IMG/VR virus record: IMGVR_UViG_3300021560_000015
Span: 12,954 to 76,953 of that record
Source: a virus
Taxonomy: Duplodnaviria; Caudoviricetes
Length of the DNA stretch: 64,000 nt
Strand: one strand, 5' to 3'
The notes below the pieces were generated by a model. The model made no database searches and was not told where the DNA came from. It saw only the letters and a list, made by a program, of their open reading frames with translations. Position numbers and translations under genes: made by a program. This document shows positions 34,643 through 42,012 of the stretch, piece by piece; position 1 is the first letter of the stretch; each line of letters opens with the position of its first letter.

Positions 34643-34904
34643 CCCCCTCGTTCACGATCATCCACTTATTCCGGCGAAGCCGAGCCGGGATCTTGTTGTG
34701 CTCGATCGCCAGGTCTTTCAGCATTCGGCGCAGCTCTTCCGCATCCTCGAGCGTGGCTTCGCCCGGTTTGAGCGTGAGCATGAACTCGAGCATCGCCACC
34801 ATCTTCAGGTACAACTCCATCTGCTTGGCCGGCACATCGGATGCACGGATGTCATCCAGCATCTTCTGGATGCGTGCCGGGTTGATCGGGTCGTCGTTAT
34901 CCAT
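34635..34904 (-). CDS. Hypothetical protein
   Basis: ATG 34904 follows the GGAAGGGG within the 16-bp repeat. Confidence 0.65.
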   Translation of the reverse strand: MDNDDPINPARIQKMLDDIRASDVPAKQMELYLKMVAMLEFMLTLKPGEATLEDAEELRRMLKDLAIEHNKIPARLRRNKWMIVNEGGE

Positions 34905-34925
34905 GTTTTTGCCCCTTCCGGACAT

Positions 34926-34985
34926 AAAAAAAGACCCAGAACCTGGGCTACGTCTTCTCTCAATTGAGTCGACGTAGCCCAGGTT
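34926..34985 (-). terminator. Intrinsic terminator
   Basis: 15-bp stem AACCTGGGCTACGTC/GACGTAGCCCAGGTT plus a T7 tract on the - strand. Confidence 0.7.
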
Positions 34986-34997
34986 GCTGGTTTGCGA

Positions 34998-35621
34998 TTA
35001 CTTGCTGGTGGTGAGCGCTGCAACGTCCCGAGGAATCTCGGGCAGCTTGCAGCTGTCAGGGATGGTGACCATGTCGTACGCGGTGGTCACTGCCATCACC
35101 CGTTGGTGGCAGCTACTGCACTTCTCGCCCTTCTCCAGAGAGTCGAGCTCGGATTGGCAGTAGCCACAGAGGATCTGATCCTCGTCGTGCACCTCAGCGA
35201 CCGTGATACGACTGAACGTATCCAGGCCACCGAAGAATCTCTTGCCGGAACCATCGAGGCCACCGCGATATGTCAGGCGGTCACCCTCAATGGCGTCGAT
35301 CATCGCGATCCCGTTGTGCTTGCGCAGTGGGCCGCGATACCACACGAGCTTGCCTATCTGCGCGACAGGCGACTTGCCGGTTCTCTTGGCGGGCTTGCCA
35401 TTGCTGGCCGGACCCGATTCGAGAACCACCGAACTGACTCGGACTTGCAATCTCCGAGTTCCATTGGAGATCTCCAGCGGCCGTTCGACGCCGCGGATGA
35501 TCCGCTTGACCTCGTAGAGGCCCTGCGCGTTGGCGGGCACCGTTTCGATATACCGAACGGTGCTGCCCACCGGTGGCAGGTCCGGCTCAGCCGCCCCGCC
35601 CTTCTTGCTTTCCTTGCCCAC
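34998..35621 (-). CDS. Hypothetical protein with C-terminal zinc ribbon
   Basis: CGYC...CSSC; GTG 7 nt after the repeat's SD. Confidence 0.7.
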   Translation of the reverse strand: MGKESKKGGAAEPDLPPVGSTVRYIETVPANAQGLYEVKRIIRGVERPLEISNGTRRLQVRVSSVVLESGPASNGKPAKRTGKSPVAQIGKLVWYRGPLRKHNGIAMIDAIEGDRLTYRGGLDGSGKRFFGGLDTFSRITVAEVHDEDQILCGYCQSELDSLEKGEKCSSCHQRVMAVTTAYDMVTIPDSCKLPEIPRDVAALTTSK

Positions 35622-35683
35622 GTGCATGCCCCTTCCGGACATACGAAAACCCCCACCGGTCAGTGGGGGTCACTTGCTAGGTA

Positions 35684-35809
35684 CTACTTGCGGCCCTTGG
35701 GCTGCCGCTGGGAGTTGACCCTGACCCCGCCGCTGGAGTCCCACTCGATGTGGGCTGCCGAGTCGCCGAAGGTCTTGAGCGCTTCCCACACTCGCTGCCA
35801 GAAGCCCAT
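35684..35809 (-). CDS. 41-aa peptide
   Basis: Manual translation MGFWQRVWEALKTFGD...KGRK*; fills the gap between genes. Confidence 0.5.
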   Translation of the reverse strand: MGFWQRVWEALKTFGDSAAHIEWDSSGGVRVNSQRQPKGRK

Positions 35810-35811
35810 GG

Positions 35812-36366
35812 CTAGGCCGCCTTCCGCTCGCCGTTCTTGCGGCCGTTGGCCTTGGCCGGCACTGCCTTGGCGGGCGCCTTCTTGGCCGCTGCCTTGGCGG
35901 GTGCCTTCTTGGCTGTCGGCCGGCGGTTAGCCGAACCAGCAGCCGCCTTGCGTGCCGCCGGAGCCGGCGCCTTGCGGGCCGGTGAACGACGGACTGGGGT
36001 CTTGCTGTTGTCTTCCTCGACAACCTCGTGCTCCTGCGGAACCCAGACCAGCTCCCAGTCGGGACGCCGGCGCAGGCTGCCACCGGACATGTGGTACCGC
36101 TTGACGACCCACTCGCCCGGTCCGTCGACCCCGATGTAGGACCAGCGCACCGTCGCTCGGGCCCCCGAGCGCAGGCTGCCAGTGCCGTCGAAGTGACGGG
36201 CAGTGCCGCTCACCCGATCGCGGCGGACGAAGATGAGCTCCCACTCGTTCTTCCGCATGCTCTGCAGGTGCTTGCTGGTTGGGACGATGACCCACTCACC
36301 GATCCCCTGGTGGCCCGCGTCGTGTTCACGCACGGTCACCTGCGTACCTGAGTACAACTTGCTCAT
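35812..36366 (-). CDS. Protein with two internal repeats and a histone-H1-like PAKK tail
   Basis: L.SG...TVR...G.GEWV...WEL.FV occurs twice; ARKAPAPAARK...AKKAPAKAAAKKAPAK. Confidence 0.75.
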   Translation of the reverse strand: MSKLYSGTQVTVREHDAGHQGIGEWVIVPTSKHLQSMRKNEWELIFVRRDRVSGTARHFDGTGSLRSGARATVRWSYIGVDGPGEWVVKRYHMSGGSLRRRPDWELVWVPQEHEVVEEDNSKTPVRRSPARKAPAPAARKAAAGSANRRPTAKKAPAKAAAKKAPAKAVPAKANGRKNGERKAA

Positions 36367-36446
36367 TTTCTAGCCCCTTCCGGACATAGAAAAACCCCCG
36401 GCGCGATGCCAGGGGAATGACGAAAACCGCCCTTTTGCCCTCTATT

Positions 36447-36475
36447 TTGGGCATGCGGCGGCCGTCCCCTATAGT
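36447..36475 (+). promoter_or_regulatory. Rightward SigA-type promoter (candidate)
   Basis: TTGGGC-N17-TATAGT in an AT-richer divergent gap. Confidence 0.45.
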
Positions 36476-36501
36476 TTACACGATTTGTACGCCCATTGCA
36501 A
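36473..36501 (-). promoter_or_regulatory. Main leftward early SigA-type promoter
   Basis: TTGCAA-N17-TAAACT on the - strand at the head of the 20-kb leftward arm. Confidence 0.7.
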
Positions 36502-36517
36502 ATGTGGAGCGGGGCAA

Positions 36518-36946
36518 ATGAGAGCAGAAAAATCTGCTCCAAAAGTGGAGCGAATCCACCCTCTGACCCTCTTCGTACGGCGTCTGGATGGCGAGTTTTA
36601 CACCCGCAACGAGCTCGCGCACGCGCTTCAGGTGGCCCCGGAGTACCTGACCCAGATACGGCGCACACATCCAGAGCTGGCTCCCTCGGTGATTGTTAGC
36701 TATCTGGGCAAACCGCTGCGGTTATACGACCGGGAGGACGCCAACCGGCTGGCTGCCTATTTCCAGGACCACGAGCAGGTGGGCATGGAACGCCGGCATT
36801 CGATGGCTGCTGTTGCGCAAAGGGAGCGGCTGCGCAAGCGCATCCAGCGCTTCCGAAAAAGGGCCTCTAAGACAGACGACGTAACTGAGCGCGAGCGATT
36901 GCTGAAGCTGGCCAATCAGCTCGAGGCCCAGCGGGCGGCCCTGTGA
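36518..36946 (+). CDS. MerR-like HTH DNA-binding protein
   Basis: YTRNELAHALQVAPEYL...RLYDRED. Confidence 0.65.
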   Translation: MRAEKSAPKVERIHPLTLFVRRLDGEFYTRNELAHALQVAPEYLTQIRRTHPELAPSVIVSYLGKPLRLYDREDANRLAAYFQDHEQVGMERRHSMAAVAQRERLRKRIQRFRKRASKTDDVTERERLLKLANQLEAQRAAL

Positions 36947-37155
36947 GGGAGACCGAAGAGCAGCGCATCGAGCGGGTCGAGGCCGAGTATCGGATGACCC
37001 TGGCGCTGCTGGCGGTGGTCTGCGAACGGCTGCTGGCCACCCACACGCTGGCCACCGCAGTGGTGGTGGGCGATGCGGCCATCGCCAACCGGCCGGACAT
37101 GGTGGCCTGGCGCGATGAGGACGCACGGGCCATCGTCATCGCGGTGTCGCGATGA
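36943..37155 (+). CDS. Hypothetical protein
   Basis: GTGA/ATGA coupled on both sides. Confidence 0.6.
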   Translation: MRETEEQRIERVEAEYRMTLALLAVVCERLLATHTLATAVVVGDAAIANRPDMVAWRDEDARAIVIAVSR

Positions 37156-37676
37156 TCGGGGACAGCGTCACACCGGGCCCGCTGGCCTACAGCGCCCCCT
37201 GGATCTCCAAACGGCGCAGCGTAGCCGGCGAGCGGGTACAGCTCAGCCATGCGGTGTGGCTGCTGGTGCACAGCCGGCACTGGTTACCGCTCTCCGCCCT
37301 GGACAGCGCCCGGTTCGCACCGCAGGAGGTGGCTGGGCCGGCACGTCCAGATGCTGCTGCACTGGACTGGCACGCCGAGGCGGCCTGTGCCGGCCGGCCG
37401 GAGGCAGACCGGGAATTCTTCGGCAAGAAGGCCACCCAGGCCTTCCCGCCGACCGAGCTGGCCCGCACCAGAGCGATCTGCTATTCGTGCCCTGTGCAGC
37501 GCGAATGTCTCACCTGGGCACTAACGTCGACTCATCGGCTTGCTGACGGCTACGTGGTAACCGGAGAGCGGTACGGGGTGTGGGGCGGCACGACCCGCCG
37601 ACAACGGCTGGCGTTCTTCGAGAGGATCGAAGCGGGTACGCCGGTGCCCACCATCGTGGCGGAAGTGATGCGATGA
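37152..37676 (+). CDS. whiB: WhiB-family Fe-S transcription factor with N-terminal extension
   Basis: W...AAC...FF...ICYSCPVQREC..WAL...GVWGGTT..QR: four Cys plus the GVWGG turn. Confidence 0.92.
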   Translation: MIGDSVTPGPLAYSAPWISKRRSVAGERVQLSHAVWLLVHSRHWLPLSALDSARFAPQEVAGPARPDAAALDWHAEAACAGRPEADREFFGKKATQAFPPTELARTRAICYSCPVQRECLTWALTSTHRLADGYVVTGERYGVWGGTTRRQRLAFFERIEAGTPVPTIVAEVMR

Positions 37677-38137
37677 CAGACAAGCCGACCACTCGGCGCA
37701 GCCGCCGGCTGTCAGCCGTACCCGTGGTCCTGGACCCGCCGTATGAGCTGTGGAAGAAGCGCCAAGCCGGGGTGCCATGGCGGGACGCGGCCAAGCAGAC
37801 CGGCTACGCAAACATCAACATCGCCAAAGAGGCGCTGCGGGTGTTCATGCAGCAGGCCCGGATGGAACGTGCTGAGGCCCAGCGCGCCGAGGCCCTGCAG
37901 ATGTCCATCGACCGCTACGAGCGGGTCATCGAAGCGTTCTGGCAGGACGCGATCGTCTCGCGCAAGCCGGAGGCAGCCGCGGTGATCCTGCGTGCGATGG
38001 CGCAGAGCGATCGGGTGCAGCGCCTGGATGCCGAGGAGATGGCAGTGGTGGCCCCGCGCACCATTGTGATCTCGCCCGACCCGGAGGAGTACGTGCGGCA
38101 GCTACAGGCCGTGGTCGAGGGCGGAGACGCCGGCTAG
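37673..38137 (+). CDS. HTH protein (small-terminase-like architecture)
   Basis: R..G..W..AA.QTGY...IDRYE.....FW..A....P.AA..IL......RLD. Confidence 0.5.
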   Translation: MTDKPTTRRSRRLSAVPVVLDPPYELWKKRQAGVPWRDAAKQTGYANINIAKEALRVFMQQARMERAEAQRAEALQMSIDRYERVIEAFWQDAIVSRKPEAAAVILRAMAQSDRVQRLDAEEMAVVAPRTIVISPDPEEYVRQLQAVVEGGDAG

Positions 38138-38508
38138 CTGGCTAGCGCGAACGCATCGTGCAGATGGCGGTGTGCCTCGCGCTCGTGTGGGCTCAGGCCG
38201 GTGTCCAGGCGCAGCGTCTCGAGCAGGTCATAGGTCCGCTCTGGCGCCTTGTACCCGCCGGTTTCGTCCGGGGTGATGTAGTTGGCCGCGATCAGGATGT
38301 CGATGAGCGGACGCTCGAGCGCTTCGGCGACCTTCTTCAGGGTGGCTACATCGGGCTCGCAGCCCTCATCGCGCCACCGGAAGATGGTGGCGTCGGCCAG
38401 TCCAACCTTGCGGCACCAAGCGGTCGGCTTGATACCCATGTTCGCCCACTCGGTCTCGAGCCAGGCGTACAGCGCATGAGCATTAGGGCTCGGGGGTCTA
38501 CGCACCAT
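38134..38508 (-). CDS. XRE-family repressor-like protein
   Basis: AWCRKVGLADATIFRWR...PDVATLKKVAEALERPLIDILIAANYI; SD GGAGG 8 nt before ATG; divergent from a Cro-like gene. Confidence 0.75.
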   Translation of the reverse strand: MVRRPPSPNAHALYAWLETEWANMGIKPTAWCRKVGLADATIFRWRDEGCEPDVATLKKVAEALERPLIDILIAANYITPDETGGYKAPERTYDLLETLRLDTGLSPHEREAHRHLHDAFALAS

Positions 38509-38534
38509 GGGAGGCACCTCCGTACCTATGTTGC

Positions 38535-38563
38535 ATGTACGGAGTACTGCTTACTCCGGACAT
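38535..38563. promoter_or_regulatory. Inverted-repeat operator between repressor and cro-like genes
   Basis: ATGTACGGAGTA-5nt-TACTCCGGACAT (one mismatch); extra half-site CTCCGTAC at 38518. Confidence 0.6.
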
Positions 38564-38587
38564 GGAGCATCGCACAAGGGGCGTCTC

Positions 38588-38616
38588 TTGTCGACGGTGC
38601 TCCATTTGCGTAGCTT
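38588..38616 (+). promoter_or_regulatory. Rightward SigA-type promoter giving a leaderless mRNA
   Basis: TTGTCG-N17-TAGCTT; GTG start lies 7 nt after the -10 and has no SD. Confidence 0.6.
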
Positions 38617-38623
38617 ATTCCCT

Positions 38624-38902
38624 GTGGCTGAGGGACCTCTAACAGGAATCGGGCGTCCTTCTACGGTCGTCCTGAAAATCGACGAGTTTAGGCGGCTCTG
38701 CGCGAGCCATCACCTGCGCAACGACAGGGATATCGCCCACGCTTTAGGTATCCAGCACTCTACCGCCTGGAGGACGGGCACCGGGGCGACCGGCCCGTCT
38801 GAGAGGTTCATCGCCGGCGCGCTGCGGGCCTTCGATGGCATCTGCTTCACCGATCTGTTCGAGTGCGTCGACTATGAAAAGGGGGCGCGTCGTTCCGCAT
38901 AG
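38624..38902 (+). CDS. Cro-like HTH protein
   Basis: DRDIAHALGIQHSTAWR...G...PSERFIA...F.DLFE. Confidence 0.75.
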   Translation: MAEGPLTGIGRPSTVVLKIDEFRRLCASHHLRNDRDIAHALGIQHSTAWRTGTGATGPSERFIAGALRAFDGICFTDLFECVDYEKGARRSA

Positions 38903-38966
38903 TTGTCAGACCCGAGTTCTAGCGTGGTCCGTATAAGAAACGCTCTACGACTGAAGGAGATCAGCT

Positions 38967-39425
38967 ATGAGCGGCGAGACCACGATCACCATCATCGGGA
39001 ACCTGACCGACGATCCGGAGCTGCGCTTCACCCAGCAAGGTGCTGCGGTCACCAATTTCACGGTGGCCAGTACCCCGCGGTTCTTCGATAAGGCGAGCAG
39101 CGAGTGGCGCGATGGCGATGCGCTGTTCATGCGCTGCTCAGTGTGGCGCGAGCAGGCTGAACACGTTGCTGAGTACCTGCACAAAGGCAACCGCGTTATC
39201 GTGTCCGGCCAGATGCAACAGCAACGGTGGGAGGACAAAGAGGGCAACAAGCGCTCCGGCTTCCAGCTGCTAGTGCAGGAGGTCGGGCCGAGCCTGCGTT
39301 TCGCCGGCGCCCAGGTCCTCAAAGCCGAACGGGGTGCATCAGCAGCGCGATCCCCCCGAGGGTCTGCTCCCCCCGAGGACCCCTGGGGGGGTCGCCCTGT
39401 TTCCAACGATGAGCCACCTTACTGA
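38967..39425 (+). CDS. ssb: Single-stranded DNA-binding protein
   Basis: ITIIGNLTDDPELRFT..GAAV.NF.VASTPR...FMRCSVWR..AE.V...L.KG.RVIV.G; acidic DEPPY tail. Confidence 0.97.
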   Translation: MSGETTITIIGNLTDDPELRFTQQGAAVTNFTVASTPRFFDKASSEWRDGDALFMRCSVWREQAEHVAEYLHKGNRVIVSGQMQQQRWEDKEGNKRSGFQLLVQEVGPSLRFAGAQVLKAERGASAARSPRGSAPPEDPWGGRPVSNDEPPY

Positions 39426-39431
39426 GTCACG

Positions 39432-39806
39432 GTGTCTGTCCCGCAGCCGGAATCTCCCCGAGAGGTAACCCGGTACATCGGTACCGTCCTACGCCGGCAA
39501 CGCGCGCTCATCGACGAACTACATCGGGCCGAACTTGAGGCATATGAGCGCCGGCACGAGGCGGATGTGACCCAGGCGCACGCCTACCTGAAGGCCGAGG
39601 GCACCGGCCCGGTGCGCAACGCCATCCTGCTCACCGACAAGCTGGTGCAGGGGCTGATGCTGGATGCCAAGCGGGCCGAGATCGTGGTCAACCACCTCAA
39701 GCGCCAGCTGTCCCACTGCAAGGACGAATTGGACGGCGCGCGCACCGCTGCGGCCACGTTGCGCGCCGAATTCAGTGTGATGGGGTTGACTGACGAGGGC
39801 GCATAG
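39432..39806 (+). CDS. Coiled-coil hypothetical protein
   Basis: Helical 124 aa; GTG start. Confidence 0.6.
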   Translation: MSVPQPESPREVTRYIGTVLRRQRALIDELHRAELEAYERRHEADVTQAHAYLKAEGTGPVRNAILLTDKLVQGLMLDAKRAEIVVNHLKRQLSHCKDELDGARTAAATLRAEFSVMGLTDEGA

Positions 39807-39815
39807 GAGGAGCGA

Positions 39816-40163
39816 ATGAGTCAGCTCTCGATGTTCCCCGAAATCAACGAGACCTCCATCGTGCCGCCACCGGGACCGACGCGGGCCCGATCAGAGACGC
39901 AACATCTGCTGATGAGCGTCGGCATGCACCCGCTGGCCAAACTGATCAAAGGCTTGCGACTGCACAAGGACGCTGCGCCGATGGACGACAAGCTGGCCCC
40001 TGGGCTGCGCTGTCGAGATTGCGCAGAGCTGTTCCACCAGACCTACACGGTGCGCCGATACCTGAAGTGCAAGAACTATCCGAGCCGCGGTGAGGCCAGT
40101 GACATACGGGGTTGGTGGCCGGCATGCGAAGTGTTCAAGGCGAAAGATGTCTCGGATACCTGA
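39816..40163 (+). CDS. Zinc-binding hypothetical protein with N-terminal QLSMF motif
   Basis: SD GGAGGAG; CRDC...YLKC...WPAC..F. Confidence 0.7.
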   Translation: MSQLSMFPEINETSIVPPPGPTRARSETQHLLMSVGMHPLAKLIKGLRLHKDAAPMDDKLAPGLRCRDCAELFHQTYTVRRYLKCKNYPSRGEASDIRGWWPACEVFKAKDVSDT

Positions 40164-40443
40164 CACCGTGGTGGCCGCCGTTCTCGATCGGGCCGGCTAC
40201 TACTGCGAGGTGGGCGGCCTACCGCTGAGCCGGTTCGAGCTGCATCACCGCAAGAACCGCGGCACGGGCGGCAAGGGACCGCTGGACTTTGCGGAGAACC
40301 TGCTGGCTGTGCACCCGCGCTGTCATGCCGCGATCCACGCCCAGCCCGATCGCGCCTACGTGCTGGGCTGGCTGGTGCACACCAACGAGGACCCGCTTGA
40401 GGTACCGGTGCGGCTGATGCCAGGATTGTGCGTTGTCCAATAG
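40147..40443 (+). CDS. HNH endonuclease
   Basis: V..RA.Y.CE..G...ELHHRK.RG.GG...ENL...H..CH..IH. Confidence 0.8.
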   Translation: MSRIPDTVVAAVLDRAGYYCEVGGLPLSRFELHHRKNRGTGGKGPLDFAENLLAVHPRCHAAIHAQPDRAYVLGWLVHTNEDPLEVPVRLMPGLCVVQ

Positions 40444-40531
40444 GTGGGGTGGCCGAGCGGCTGAAGGCGCTGGTCCCGAAAACCAGAGTGGTCGGAGAGG
40501 GCCACCGTGGGTTCAAATCCCACCCCCACCG
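40443..40531 (+). tRNA. tRNA-Ser (anticodon CGA), C33 variant, CCA not encoded
   Basis: GGTGGGG/CCCCACC acceptor, G discriminator, CTGGT/ACCAG anticodon stem with loop CCCGAAA, long variable arm, GGTTCAAATCC T-arm. Confidence 0.9.
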
Positions 40532-40532
40532 C

Positions 40533-41012
40533 ATGAGTGATCCCATCCCAGGCGATGACTGGCCGCTGGGCGAGGCGCGCGATTGGTTGCGAGACCGCGT
40601 GGAGGATGGGGCATCGTGTCCGTGTTGTCGGCAGTTCGCCAAGGTCTACAAGCGGAAGATCAACCACAGTGCGGTGCGCGGGCTGGTGGCGATCTACGCG
40701 CAGCGCAACAACGAAAACGGGGGTTACGCGCATCTGCCCTCGCTCGGATTGGGACGCCTGGGCGGTGAAGCTGCACGTCTGTCCTACTGGGGGCTGATCG
40801 AGGAAGAGCGGGTAGAGCGCGAGGATGGCGGGCGCGCGGGCTGGTGGCGCATTACACCGCAGGGCATCGACTGGCTGCACTCACGGATTGCGGTGCCCAC
40901 CTATGCGCGCATCTACGATGGCCGGCTGCTGGGCCTGACCGGTGCCCCGTGGCGGGTCAAGGATGCGGTCAAGGAACACTTCGATCTGCGGGACCTGATG
41001 GAGGGGCTGTAG
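40533..41012 (+). CDS. Zinc-ribbon/winged-helix hypothetical protein
   Basis: CPCC.Q..KVY.R...L.YWGLIE...G.W.IT..G. Confidence 0.75.
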   Translation: MSDPIPGDDWPLGEARDWLRDRVEDGASCPCCRQFAKVYKRKINHSAVRGLVAIYAQRNNENGGYAHLPSLGLGRLGGEAARLSYWGLIEEERVEREDGGRAGWWRITPQGIDWLHSRIAVPTYARIYDGRLLGLTGAPWRVKDAVKEHFDLRDLMEGL

Positions 41013-41074
41013 CGCAGCGGTAGCGCATCGCACTGGCAGTGCGAGGGTCGCGGGTTCAAATCCCGCCAGCTCCA
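41003..41074 (+). tRNA. tRNA-Ala (anticodon GGC), CCA not encoded
   Basis: GGGGCTG/CAGCTCC acceptor with G3:U70, TCGCA-CTGGCAG-TGCGA anticodon arm, A discriminator followed by CTA. Confidence 0.92.
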
Positions 41075-41304
41075 CTAGGGGCCCGCAAATGGCCATCCAG
41101 GCCTCTTGTGCCGTTCCGTCAGCGGAGTAGCCTCGCAGGGGTCACCCAGGGAGTTGCCTGGATTTAGAGGGCCAGGGCGGCCCGAGAGCGTTCACCGCGC
41201 TCAAGCCGGGCACTTCCCCGAGTCAAGGAGGGGTGCCCTGTGCCCATGCGGCCAAGAATATCCAACACCTGCGCGCACGCAAGTGAACGACACGAGATCG
41301 TGTC

Positions 41305-42012
41305 ATGAGCATCCGGGCCCTGAACTGGGCATACGAGCAGCCAGCCGACATGGGATTGGCGTGCAAAGCCACCCTGGTGGCCCTCGCGAATTACGCCGAT
41401 GAGCACGGATCCTGCTATCCAGGGCAGGAGCTCCTGGCGCAGATGACCGGTCAGAGCACCCGATCGGTACGCCGGCAGATCGCGAAGCTGAAGGATGACC
41501 TGAAGCTCATCACCGTTGAGGTGCGCCGTAGCCCTGACGGATCCAAGAACAGCAATCGCTACTTCCTGGCACTAGAGGACACCATGTCCTCTGGTGAGGA
41601 CCAGTTGGCCAGTGGTGACCAGCCACAAGAGGACACTGAGGCACACCTAGAGGACACTGTGTCCGGCCTAGAGGACACACAGTCCTCCGAACCTATAGAA
41701 GAACCTAAAGAAGAACCTATAGAACAACGCGCGCCCGCGCGCGCACGCGCGAGCAGGCTCCCCGACAACTGGAAGCCCAACGCCGATGACCATCGCTGGG
41801 CACAGAAGCAGGGCTACGGCGAACTCTTCCTTCGTCGTGAATTGGAGAAGTTCAAGAACTACTGGGGCGCGAAGTCAGGCAAGGACGCGACCAAGGTCAA
41901 GTGGTCGCTGACCTGGCGCAACTGGATGATCAACGCCGATGACTGGACCGGCAACAGCGCCGCCAACCACGTCGTCGCCCCGGCTGGTGTCCGCCAGATG
42001 GACGTGTACTGA
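41305..42012 (+). CDS. Replication initiator (N-terminal wHTH, lambda-O-like architecture)
   Basis: KATLVALANYADE...CYPG...LA..TG.S.RSV.R; C-terminal SRLPDNWKP...F..YW...K..W..TWRNW. Confidence 0.85.
   Translation: MSIRALNWAYEQPADMGLACKATLVALANYADEHGSCYPGQELLAQMTGQSTRSVRRQIAKLKDDLKLITVEVRRSPDGSKNSNRYFLALEDTMSSGEDQLASGDQPQEDTEAHLEDTVSGLEDTQSSEPIEEPKEEPIEQRAPARARASRLPDNWKPNADDHRWAQKQGYGELFLRRELEKFKNYWGAKSGKDATKVKWSLTWRNWMINADDWTGNSAANHVVAPAGVRQMDVY
41574..41725 (+). repeat. Iteron-like repeats, probable replication origin
   Basis: AGAGGACAC at 41574, 41628, 41649 and 41670 with inverted GTCC(TC) arms, then three tandem GAACCTA(T/A)AGAA 12-mers. Confidence 0.7.

Larger units (their letters stand above)
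34911..36388 (-). repeat. 16-bp perfect direct repeat TATGTCCGGAAGGGGC x3, each between a terminator U-tract and a start codon
   Basis: The + strand reads GCCCCTTCCGGACATA at 34911, 35628 and 36373. Confidence 0.9.

Noticed and set aside
34911-36388. Three identical 16-mers as a possible CRISPR mini-array
   Set aside because: They are spaced ~720-745 nt apart with genes in between, are too short, and no cas genes are present.
37673-38137. Calling this gene the small terminase
   Set aside because: The architecture fits, but it lies 25 kb from the large terminase in a regulatory cluster, so it was left as an HTH protein.
38903-38940. TTGTCA...TATAAG promoter upstream of ssb
   Set aside because: The 23-nt spacing is incompatible with a SigA promoter.
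41003-41074. tRNA-Ala 3' half as an attP core
   Set aside because: No integrase or arm-type sites are nearby; this cannot be supported from the window.
41106-41402. ORF-track ORFs in the gap after tRNA-Ala
   Set aside because: They have no convincing SD or composition and overlap the initiator out of frame; the gap is better explained as structured non-coding sequence.
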